A DNA stretch of 30,225 nt. It comes from Candidatus Hermodarchaeota archaeon (GTDB taxonomy: Archaea > Asgardarchaeota > Hermodarchaeia > Hermodarchaeales > Hermodarchaeaceae). Position 1 is the first letter of the stretch, and each line of letters begins with the position of its first letter. This document shows, one piece after another, positions 17,742-25,769 of the stretch. The notes under the pieces were generated by a model that worked only from the letters and a program-made list of their open reading frames with translations, was not told the DNA's origin and did not search any database. The position numbers and the translations under genes were made by a program. The stretch spans positions 1-30,225 of the forward strand of contig JAEOTO010000048.1 of assembly GCA_016839805.1 (NCBI GenBank). The letters are read 5' to 3'.

Positions 17742-18014
17742 ATGTCGACAGATATGATGAAGTGTCAGAAGTGTGGTGCAACAGACTTTCGACGAGTTAC
17801 GGATGAATGGATGCGCCGGTCGATACCGTGGACAGCCGATGGAATCGTTCGTCAGTGTCAAAATTGTGGTGAGAAGCATTTTAGCTGCCCTAGTTGCCAT
17901 GATTTATTGACCCGAGTGAACATTACAAATGTTCGTGTGATGAAAAGCATTTGTCCTCACTGTGGCTATCAAGATTCACGAATAAAGGCCTGGATTCAGG
18001 AACAACGCGAATAA
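17742..18014 (+). CDS. Small double zinc-ribbon protein
   Basis: Four CxxC motifs (CQKC, CQNC, CPSC, CPHC) in 90 aa; GAGG upstream of the ATG. Confidence 0.75.
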   Translation: MSTDMMKCQKCGATDFRRVTDEWMRRSIPWTADGIVRQCQNCGEKHFSCPSCHDLLTRVNITNVRVMKSICPHCGYQDSRIKAWIQEQRE

Positions 18015-18087
18015 TTGAATCGGTGACCAATTTTTCAAAAGAAACCTTATTAGTCACCAAAATTATTCGATTTGTATTGATAAAGAG

Positions 18088-18885
18088 GTGTGGGCTATAT
18101 TGGCAAATCCACAACGAAGATCAGAAAACGTTTCACAAGAGCCATTTATTCAAATTGTCCCAACCGATGAGAAGATGAAACTGGCTAAAGAACCGGTATT
18201 AGTAATCGGATTTCCAGGACCAGGGTTAGTTGGGATGATTTCTGCAGGGCGAATGATCGAAGGTCTTGATATGAAGGTGATTGCTGCTATTCGATCACCA
18301 CTTATTCCTCCTATCACCCCCTTTTTTGGCGGAGTTTTACGACTTCCCATCCGCATTCACGCTAGCGAAGACGGGAAATTGCTTACCGTTATTTCTGAAG
18401 TTCCTCTTCCAACAGAAACCATTTTCTTTGTTGCCAGTAAAGTTTTAGATTGGGCAACGGACCAGGGAGTCAAGAAAGTTGTTTGCCTTGAAGGAATTGG
18501 AGTACAAAAACGACAAAGAACACCTGAAGTCTTTGGAGCAGCTGAACCACATTTATTAGCTGAACTCGAAAAGTTTTCTGTTCCTCGAGTGAAGAAAGGG
18601 CTCGTAATAGGTATAGCAGGAGCGATTCTAAACGAGTGTCTAATTCGCAAGCTGGATGGCTATTGCTTGTTAGTATCAGCAAGTGAAGAGAATCCTGACC
18701 CTGAAGCTGCAGCGAGTATGCTTTCAGCTGTCAATCGGTTTCTAGATGTGGATGTGAGCATTCAACCACTAATTCAAAATCAATCCATCATAAAAGCCCA
18801 ACTCAATGATTTAGCAAAAGAAACCCGAAGAGAAGAGCAAGTCGCCCAAGAACATGGTTACCGACCAATTCCTTTCTATGTGTAA
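18088..18885 (+). CDS. PAC2-family proteasome assembly chaperone (PbaA/PbaB-like)
   Basis: LVIGFPGPGLVGMI, PIRIH, VISEVP, VVCLEGI, GIAGAIL, PDPEAAA and a C-terminal HbYX-like FYV. Start uncertain. Confidence 0.9.
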   Translation: MWAILANPQRRSENVSQEPFIQIVPTDEKMKLAKEPVLVIGFPGPGLVGMISAGRMIEGLDMKVIAAIRSPLIPPITPFFGGVLRLPIRIHASEDGKLLTVISEVPLPTETIFFVASKVLDWATDQGVKKVVCLEGIGVQKRQRTPEVFGAAEPHLLAELEKFSVPRVKKGLVIGIAGAILNECLIRKLDGYCLLVSASEENPDPEAAASMLSAVNRFLDVDVSIQPLIQNQSIIKAQLNDLAKETRREEQVAQEHGYRPIPFYV

Positions 18886-18965
18886 TTTCGTTAAGAATTG
18901 ACGCTCACAATAAGTGGTCTAGCCCCTTTATAGAAGCGCAATTGAAACGCTAAAATTGCGAACTG

Positions 18966-19241
18966 CTAATCTTCAGGGAAGTGATCGAGCATTAACTCAA
19001 GCATTTCTTGACGTTCGTCCTCGTCAATTTCACGTTTCTTACGCTTCTTGTCCTCTTCCCCTTCTTCGACGACGACAATATAGTCCCGTTCCGTGTGTCT
19101 TATTGGGAACTTAACTTTGTAACCCGCAGCTTCTTTAGAAGAGGATTTGTAGCCACAGGAGCATTTGAGAATATTCTTTCCGTCCTTAGTTTTTCCCGGA
19201 CGTAAGAGACTACCACATTTAGGACAGAACTGTAAGGCCAT
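18966..19241 (-). CDS. TFS/RpoM (Rpb9/A12.2-like) paralog with only the N-terminal zinc ribbon
   Basis: FCPKCGSLL..LKCSCGY plus the TFS-like linker IRHTERDYIVVVE. No C-terminal TFIIS ribbon (no QxRxxDEP); a charged tail is present instead. Confidence 0.75.
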   Translation of the reverse strand: MALQFCPKCGSLLRPGKTKDGKNILKCSCGYKSSSKEAAGYKVKFPIRHTERDYIVVVEEGEEDKKRKKREIDEDERQEMLELMLDHFPED

Positions 19242-19280
19242 TACCCCCGGAAATTTTCATTTCGATGGATGCCGCGAGTA

Positions 19281-19982
19281 CTACACACTTAAAGCTTTCG
19301 TATTCCGTTCTGGTTTTTCAAATTGATGAAGAGTTTCTTTAGTCGCCCTAACTAATTGAGAACTGGTGAGTTGGATATTCTCTTGGAACTCAGCGATTTT
19401 GATAGCACGGCGAAGAATTCGGTCTTGAACTTGGCGGATTTGGTTTACTTGCTCTGCATTAATACTATCTGAAGTTTCAAAGAGTACTGAGTCTAAAACC
19501 CCAGGAAGAACCTGCTGGAAATACTGAGTTGCCTCCTTTGTCATGCGTTTCTGCCATCGTTCCATCAGCCGATTAGTGATTGGTCGTTTCTTGAATATCT
19601 GCCACATTTCGTTTAGTCGTATGAGGCCTTTTTCATCGAACCGAACCCTAATTGCGACCCGCTTTAACTTGTCTTTCTTCAATCCCCAGGATCCAACATC
19701 CTTGACTTCAATAATTGTACTCAAGTCCTCTCGTGGGCTCATAATCCAAAATCCTGTCTTAACTCCAACTTGAGTAATACCATCAATGAGGTAGCTAAAA
19801 TGTCGCTTTCGCAGATCGGTTGAAGTTTCCCCCATACTTTCGCCGTCAATTAGAACCACTATTCGGCCACTTCGTTCATGCTTTTGTTCAACACGGATAA
19901 TTCGAAAATCTCCCTTTGATACTTCATCATCAAGTGGCGGTAGCTGGCTTACAATCACTGCTTGCGATTCTCCATTGCACAC
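19281..19982 (-). CDS. Hypothetical protein
   Basis: 233-aa ORF, co-oriented with its neighbours, no recognisable motif. Start uncertain. Confidence 0.6.
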   Translation of the reverse strand: MCNGESQAVIVSQLPPLDDEVSKGDFRIIRVEQKHERSGRIVVLIDGESMGETSTDLRKRHFSYLIDGITQVGVKTGFWIMSPREDLSTIIEVKDVGSWGLKKDKLKRVAIRVRFDEKGLIRLNEMWQIFKKRPITNRLMERWQKRMTKEATQYFQQVLPGVLDSVLFETSDSINAEQVNQIRQVQDRILRRAIKIAEFQENIQLTSSQLVRATKETLHQFEKPERNTKALSV

Positions 19983-20043
19983 CCGTTTAATTCCAACATA
20001 AATAGATTTCTTTTCTTCTCTTGATATCTAACCGAATTAACCC

Positions 20044-20457
20044 TTAAAAGAACAAGTCGATTTTTTCCATAAGTTGTGGATATTCGATTATCACATAAAG
20101 TAGGTTGAGAATAGCCTTTTCGTCTGATTTCAAGATTTTCAGGAACTTTTTGGGCCATACCCCGATTATATTCCCCTTATCATTTTCAGTTAGCTCACCC
20201 AGATAAGTAACGGTTAGCTGAGTTTTGGTGATTAGCAAAAGAAGAAATGGAGCAAGAAGGTTTTGTCCTGAAGGACCCTGGACAGATTTTATTAGATTCA
20301 GATGAATATTGTAGACAGGTTGTTCCCGAATTCGCGATTGTAATTTCTGTATCCATTCCGGTTGCAATTCGTAATATTGACCGAGTACTTGTTGTAAATC
20401 ATAGAATTTACGCGCCGGTCCTTCTAACAAGGTGACTTTCCAAGTTGACATAGACAA
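20044..20457 (-). CDS. Hypothetical protein
   Basis: 137-aa ORF in the minus-strand run downstream of nrdG; no motif. Confidence 0.6.
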   Translation of the reverse strand: MSMSTWKVTLLEGPARKFYDLQQVLGQYYELQPEWIQKLQSRIREQPVYNIHLNLIKSVQGPSGQNLLAPFLLLLITKTQLTVTYLGELTENDKGNIIGVWPKKFLKILKSDEKAILNLLYVIIEYPQLMEKIDLFF

Positions 20458-20533
20458 CCCAAAATCTGTCTTTTCAGAAATACATTCTCCTTACGCCCGG
20501 ATTAAAGCCTTCGTGATAAACTCTAACACTATG

Positions 20534-21244
20534 TTAGAACCGAGTCACCAGATTATTTTCGTGTGCAAATTTTCTGAACTTGTCAAGCTCTTCATTTGAG
20601 AAACTAGCGTTTAGTTTTGGATCGAGGACGGTGTCTGTTGGTCTGAATGCTTGTAATACGTAGTGGTTAGGTCCTACCCAATCGAGGATTTTGCGGAGTT
20701 GGGTTTCATGATGAACAAGTGAAGGAACTAATGTGGTTCGAAATTCATAACGCACGTTTGACGACTTGAGTATTGCAATTGTCTTCTTAATCTCAGGAAG
20801 AATCTCTTGTTTAATTTGAGTTATTTGAGCATATTCAGTCGTATTAGGCACGGTTTTGATATCAACAGCAATGTAGTCAATAAGATTTGCATCGAGTAAT
20901 TGTTGGATAATTGAAGGTTTGGTTCCGTTAGTCATTAGACCAAACATAAGATTTTGCTCATGGGTCCACTGAGCGATTGCACGCAACGAATCATGTTGAA
21001 GCGTCGGTTCACCACCTGTCACTAAAACTCCATCAATAAGAAACCGACTAGCTTCGATTTCCTGGTAAATCTGATCAAGATCAACATGAAACTTTTCATC
21101 AAATTCAAGTAATGGAGTATTGAAACAAAAGCGACAGCGTAAGTTACAGCCAACGAAAAACACAACGCAGCAAACATTTGAAGGCCAATCCGTTGTACTT
21201 AGGATTGGTTTTCCTGCCACGTATGCTTTCACTAATACCACCAA
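20534..21244 (-). CDS. nrdG: Anaerobic ribonucleotide reductase activating radical SAM enzyme
   Basis: STTDWP, VVFFVGCNLRCRFCFN (CxxxCxxC), VTGGEPTLQ, TNGT, DYIAVDIK and YEFRTTLVP; located about 3 kb from nrdD. Confidence 0.9.
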   Translation of the reverse strand: MVVLVKAYVAGKPILSTTDWPSNVCCVVFFVGCNLRCRFCFNTPLLEFDEKFHVDLDQIYQEIEASRFLIDGVLVTGGEPTLQHDSLRAIAQWTHEQNLMFGLMTNGTKPSIIQQLLDANLIDYIAVDIKTVPNTTEYAQITQIKQEILPEIKKTIAILKSSNVRYEFRTTLVPSLVHHETQLRKILDWVGPNHYVLQAFRPTDTVLDPKLNASFSNEELDKFRKFAHENNLVTRF

Positions 21245-21387
21245 GGAGATTGGGGACTTCTGAATTTACAGTATCAATTCTATAAGGGCATAATAAGATG
21301 ATTAAGATTGTTCTTCATCTTCAACTCAAAAAGCAGAGAAAACATCATTAGCGAAAAAAAATGGAGGATTTGACTCAGTTTGTGGTT

Positions 21388-21617
21388 GTGGAGGCTGTGA
21401 ACTGCCTCGCCTTGAAGAGCGCGGCTTCCTGCTTCATCCCATCGGCTCGAACCGACTGGTCCACAGGCTCTACTCGCCGTTCCGGCGATGTTGCCCGGTC
21501 ACGGTGGTCCTTGGTTCTCGGACCGCGGATCGGGACCTCACCCTTAGCTGTCTAGGAACGGATTTAAACTCCACGATTCATCCTCGTCTTGAAGGGCAGG
21601 GTCTTCTCGTGGAGGCT
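21388..21617. repeat. 9-bp direct repeat GTGGAGGCT at both junctions of the miniature element (21388-21396 and 21609-21617)
   Basis: Read directly from the sequence. Confidence 0.9.
21397..21617 (-). mobile_element. Non-autonomous IS200/IS605-derived miniature element (PATE/MITE-like, 221 bp) retaining an omegaRNA-like scaffold
   Basis: Right end GTGAACTGCCTCGCCTTGAAGAGCGCGGCTTCCTGCTTC aligns with GTGAACTACCCCGCCCTAAAGGACGGAGCTTCCTGCTTC at 9285. Left end ATTCATCCTCGTCTTGAAGGGCAGGGTCTTCTCG..|ATAA aligns with ATTCATCCCCACCCTAAAGGACAGGGTCTTCTCG..|ATAA at 10533-10579. No coding capacity. Confidence 0.88.
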
Positions 21618-21656
21618 ATAAAGGTCCTTGCTATCATATGGGAGAGGTTAAGTGCG

Positions 21657-22220
21657 TTGGCAAGACAGCAAGCTCCGCTTGTAAAAATTTTAGTAGCGGG
21701 GACAAGTCAAGTAGGAAAAACTAGCCTAGTACAATCATATGTTTTCAATGATTTCCTTGATGTATCACCCACTATTGGCATTAACTTTGCACAGAAAGTG
21801 TGTCTTGGCGAGCAGGGCCCATTAAATTTGAGTATATGGGATCTTAGTGGGGAAATGCGGTTTAAGTTTCTAATTCCTCAATTTTGTTCCGGTGCTATCG
21901 GCTTAGTGCTTGTATTTGATCAAGCACGTTCGGATACGCTAAATGCAAGCGCTGAATGGTTGGACTTTATTGGACGTTACGCACATCCTTTCCATAGCAA
22001 AGCCATTGTCCTTGTTGGTGCAAAATCTGACTTAGCCTCCCGAGTACCCTTGCATGAAATCAACACTTTTTGTACAGAACATAAAATTGCAGCTTTTATC
22101 CCATGTTCAGCAAAAACAGGTGCAAATGTTCACCGCGTGTTTGAAAGTCTAACTACTATTATTCAGCGAACCCTACCAGAACTCTCTTCTTCCACTTTTC
22201 CACATCTCGCAGTTTCTTAA
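21657..22220 (+). CDS. Ras/Rab-like small GTPase
   Basis: KILVAGTSQVGKTS (G1), PTIGINF (G2), IWDLSGE (G3), LVLVFD, LVGAKSDL (G4) and CSAKTG (G5). A TTG start at 21657 follows GGAGAGG. The ORF-track extension to 21504 is element sequence. Confidence 0.9.
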   Translation: MARQQAPLVKILVAGTSQVGKTSLVQSYVFNDFLDVSPTIGINFAQKVCLGEQGPLNLSIWDLSGEMRFKFLIPQFCSGAIGLVLVFDQARSDTLNASAEWLDFIGRYAHPFHSKAIVLVGAKSDLASRVPLHEINTFCTEHKIAAFIPCSAKTGANVHRVFESLTTIIQRTLPELSSSTFPHLAVS

Positions 22221-22287
22221 ACCGGAAACGCTATTAGCTGTAAACGATAGCTTCACGGCAGAAAAAAACACGGAGGAGTAACGATAC

Positions 22288-23217
22288 GTGCGTCCACCTT
22301 GTGAGATAATGGTTGTCAAACTGTTACCAGCTCTTCGCGCATTGATTAGCCACTATTTAATTCACGATTACGGTTTTACCCAAAATAAAGTAGCCCAAGC
22401 TCTGGGAGTTACACAAGCAAGTGTTTCACGTGGGCTTTCGCAACTCAAACGGTTTGAGAAATACTATACACCGAGCGTTGATCGAACAGCTAGAGCATTT
22501 GCTCAACAGTTATCCCAAGACCGATTAGGTTTGGAGGAAGGAATTGCAGCCTTATGCACTTTCTGTACAAATCAAAAAATTGGAGGTATACTTTGTCAAC
22601 TCCACCGTGAAGATAACCCAGATCTCGCAGAATGTTTCGTCTGCGGAGAAGGAATTACCTCTGACAACCGGGCTGAGATATTGCGTAATCTTTCACGAAG
22701 TGCAGAACTCTTATCGAACACGAAAGAATTCACGCCCCTGATTCCACAAGTGGGATCACAGCTTGTGATGAGTATCTCAAATCCGAAGGATTTAGATGAT
22801 GTAGCAGGTTTCCCTAGCCGCATCGTCTCACATCACAAACGTCCACATGCATTTACTCGTCCTGAGTTTCGAGGATCCGACCATCTTTCTCACGTTTTAT
22901 TAATAGTTCAACAACACGCTCCCGATGTTGAGGCGGCCTTGGTTTTTCGCTATCTTGAAGGTCTTGAGGCGGTTCTAGAAAAGCTTAGACTCAGGTTTGC
23001 TGAGGTCCGCCGGCAGCCAATTGAAGGACAAAAAGACACTGATGAAGCGCTTCACGCTGGTATTGATTTAGTTCTTAAAGATGAGAAACCGATTGATGTT
23101 CTAATTGATAAAGGTCTCATCGGTATTGAACCTGTAGCTTACCTTTTTGCGACCGATGCTGAAAAGGCAACAGAACTAAGTATAGAGATTGCTCAAAAGT
23201 TAGTGTACAAAGAATAA
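22288..23217 (+). CDS. HTH plus ThiN-like (thiamine-phosphate-binding) domain protein, ThiR-like regulator
   Basis: MRPPCE..LLPALRALI, HTH TQNKVAQALGVTQASVS, a Cys cluster, and ThiN-like LIPQVGSQL, DVAGFPSRI, PEFRGSDHLS and DKGLIGIEP. GGAGG RBS. Confidence 0.85.
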   Translation: MRPPCEIMVVKLLPALRALISHYLIHDYGFTQNKVAQALGVTQASVSRGLSQLKRFEKYYTPSVDRTARAFAQQLSQDRLGLEEGIAALCTFCTNQKIGGILCQLHREDNPDLAECFVCGEGITSDNRAEILRNLSRSAELLSNTKEFTPLIPQVGSQLVMSISNPKDLDDVAGFPSRIVSHHKRPHAFTRPEFRGSDHLSHVLLIVQQHAPDVEAALVFRYLEGLEAVLEKLRLRFAEVRRQPIEGQKDTDEALHAGIDLVLKDEKPIDVLIDKGLIGIEPVAYLFATDAEKATELSIEIAQKLVYKE

Positions 23218-23235
23218 TTTTAGAACCGTAATAGT

Positions 23236-24363
23236 TTATGTGGATTGAACTGCCTGAACAAAAATTTCTTTGATCTCAAGTGGTGTCAAGGGAATTGTGG
23301 GCACATGAGCATTGCCTGGTTGTGTGGGTATATGAACGAAATTGGGACCACCATTAAGATTTGCGAGAATGGTTTGAATTTCCTCTGGTGTTGAACCACG
23401 GAACACATGGCGAATACCTAGCCCATGTGCAGTTTCAGCCAAGTCGACACATGTACTAGTTGGAGTCTTCTGATTTCCTGTTGATCCGTGGACACCATTA
23501 TCAATTGCTAAGATTGTCAAATTCTTAGGCGCGGATTGAGCTATAGTAGCTAATGAACCCAAGTTTGATAGAAGACTTCCATCACCGTCGATTACCACGA
23601 CTTGTCTTGAAGACTGCAAAGCTACTCCCAACCCGATAGAAGAGACAAGGCCTAGACTTCCCAGCATATAGAAATTGGTAGCTTGATGGTGTAAAAGATA
23701 CAATTCTCGGGAGGGAAACCCGATATTACCTATGATGAGCTTTTTATCGAGAAATTGGATAATCGCCTTCAGAATTTCAAAGCGAGTTAACAATCCGGGA
23801 GCTAACGGAGGTAAATCGAGTAGCGATTTGGAAGACCTATGAGGAGTTGGCTCTGTTGAGTTTTTTATGGGCTGAATTTCTCCCCAGAGTTGAGGACTTA
23901 GCAAAAGTATTTGCAGTGCTGATTCTTGATAGGCTTTATTTATTGCTGTAGTGATTTTGGGAAGGTCGTTCCGGTTTTTCACAGTCTGATAGGGATAGCC
24001 GATTGCTTTGAATAAAGCAGGAAGGCTTTCTCCCAGTGGGATTTGTGCAGGGATTTTTTCTTGATAGACACCGCGCCAACTTGCCAAAATTAAGAGAGGA
24101 AGCTTATAGGTTATAGTGAGAGAACAAAGGGCATTGATCATGTTTCCAAAGCCAGTACTTTGAACCAGCATAGCAGACCTTGCACCAGCAAGGCTTGCGC
24201 CTGCACAAATTCCAACACCCTCCTCTTCCTTGGTGACACCAATGCTTAGAAATTGGTTATGGATGAGATTATATAGCCGTTGAATTTTTGCACAGGGATA
24301 AGTGGTGAAAAAATCTACACCGCCATTCTTCAATCGATTAATAATCTCTTCAGAAATATCCAA
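23236..24363 (-). CDS. comDE: Fused sulfopyruvate decarboxylase alpha/beta (ComD-ComE); phosphonopyruvate decarboxylase not excluded
   Basis: Alpha half: YPCAKI, KEEEGVGICAGA, QSTGFGN, SWRG, EKIPAQ. Beta half: TRFEIL, NIGFPSRELY, NFYMLGSLG and the ThDP motif DGDGS..N..DNG. Confidence 0.85.
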   Translation of the reverse strand: MDISEEIINRLKNGGVDFFTTYPCAKIQRLYNLIHNQFLSIGVTKEEEGVGICAGASLAGARSAMLVQSTGFGNMINALCSLTITYKLPLLILASWRGVYQEKIPAQIPLGESLPALFKAIGYPYQTVKNRNDLPKITTAINKAYQESALQILLLSPQLWGEIQPIKNSTEPTPHRSSKSLLDLPPLAPGLLTRFEILKAIIQFLDKKLIIGNIGFPSRELYLLHHQATNFYMLGSLGLVSSIGLGVALQSSRQVVVIDGDGSLLSNLGSLATIAQSAPKNLTILAIDNGVHGSTGNQKTPTSTCVDLAETAHGLGIRHVFRGSTPEEIQTILANLNGGPNFVHIPTQPGNAHVPTIPLTPLEIKEIFVQAVQST

Positions 24364-24410
24364 GTAATCTACCCGTATTGGTTAACAGCTCGCGAGTTCT
24401 TAAAGATACA

Positions 24411-25532
24411 CTAGTCGGCTGTTAAGGCGGCATTATAAGCTTGTTCTAATTGATCTGAATAACGCCTCCATAGTAAATGCTCATCTGCGACTGTACGAAT
24501 TCTTTGTTTATCATGATTCCACTGCGCTACACCATCAAAATATTCGCGTACTAGCCGCTTGATCATTGATTTCAACTCATCTCCTGAACTCCAAACCCAT
24601 CCCACGTGATTTTGCCTGCAAAACCTAGCTTCTACTATCATGTTTTCTGGAACAATTGTTTTTAATCCCGCGTGAAGGAACAATGGAAACCGATTTTGAA
24701 TCGAATAGAGTGGTAGTGGTAATTGTTGTCCCATTAATGCAGCATCACAGGTAGCCATAATCTCAAGCATTTTTTCATGACTTACAAAACCATGGTTTTC
24801 CACTTCTTGTGTTTCGATCACAGTGGGTCCAATATAGACAAGTTTAGCCCCAAATTGATTCTCCAGCCAAAGGCGGAGAGCAGTGGCATCATTACGCTGA
24901 GATAAAGGCAGATCATGTCGGGAAACATATGCAAGGCGAAATTCCTTGTCAATATTTGTGTTGGGAGGAATCATAGACACTTCGCGTTGCGTTGGAACAT
25001 TGGGAAGAACGAATGTGTGAGGTTGTACCTGACGATACTCTTGAGCAATTTCCTCACTAACCGCAATAACCGGTGCAGAACGAAGAATTTTGGGTTCCCA
25101 CTTACGCCAATTACGAATTGCATACCAAGTCGCTATTCGTCGCAAAAGAGTCCTATCACGTTTAATCACGGACGAGCCCTGAAAAGCAATCCTAGACCCC
25201 CAAATTTCATGATCATCGTAAATGAATGGATGACCAACATTGAGAGCTACCTTTCCAGCGAAAATGTCATGAGCATGGATAAGGTCTGGTTTTTCCTCAT
25301 GTATCAGCTTGCGAACCCAATCTTCGACATTACGCAAGGATCTAGGAAAGCCCGTTTTTTCATGAGGACGCCAATAGCGAAAGTAGGTTTTTTGAAAAGC
25401 ATTGAAGATTTGATTTTCTACAGGTCGACCGCCTGCAAAAATTACGTCCCATCCTTTTTCACGCGCATACAATGCTGAGCGTTCTGGCCTAATATCTGGT
25501 AATCCAGCATCAGATAGATGGAGAATTTTCAT
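24411..25532 (-). CDS. Glycosyltransferase, GT-B fold (GT4-like)
   Basis: MKILHLS, KPDLIHAHD, YDDHE, VIAVSEEIA, VLPN and GFVSH..CDAAL. ATG at 25532 is preferred over the TTG at 25556. Confidence 0.8.
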   Translation of the reverse strand: MKILHLSDAGLPDIRPERSALYAREKGWDVIFAGGRPVENQIFNAFQKTYFRYWRPHEKTGFPRSLRNVEDWVRKLIHEEKPDLIHAHDIFAGKVALNVGHPFIYDDHEIWGSRIAFQGSSVIKRDRTLLRRIATWYAIRNWRKWEPKILRSAPVIAVSEEIAQEYRQVQPHTFVLPNVPTQREVSMIPPNTNIDKEFRLAYVSRHDLPLSQRNDATALRLWLENQFGAKLVYIGPTVIETQEVENHGFVSHEKMLEIMATCDAALMGQQLPLPLYSIQNRFPLFLHAGLKTIVPENMIVEARFCRQNHVGWVWSSGDELKSMIKRLVREYFDGVAQWNHDKQRIRTVADEHLLWRRYSDQLEQAYNAALTAD

Positions 25533-25769
25533 GTAATAGAGCTCCAATTGATTCAAATTCTTCGAGATAAAGACGTTTCACATATTTAATGAATCATCAT
25601 ATTCACTTAGACTTAATTCAAGATTTCGTTACCTCTTCTTTAGACTGTTTGTCACTCCACTTCGAATTCTAAGAATGCAGAAATTTCATGTTCAGTCTTT
25701 TTACATATAAGTCCGATACTTCTCATAATAACATTGAAACGAGTCTAAAAAGTTAAAAGCCAGAACTCA

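Noticed and set aside
21361-21656. 64-aa ORF and the 51-aa N-terminal extension of the GTPase ORF
   Set aside because: Both largely translate the miniature element. A better TTG start with an RBS exists at 21657.
24915-25478. 187-aa + strand ORF and other short overlapping ORFs in the track
   Set aside because: They lie antisense to or out of frame within well-supported genes and have no motifs.
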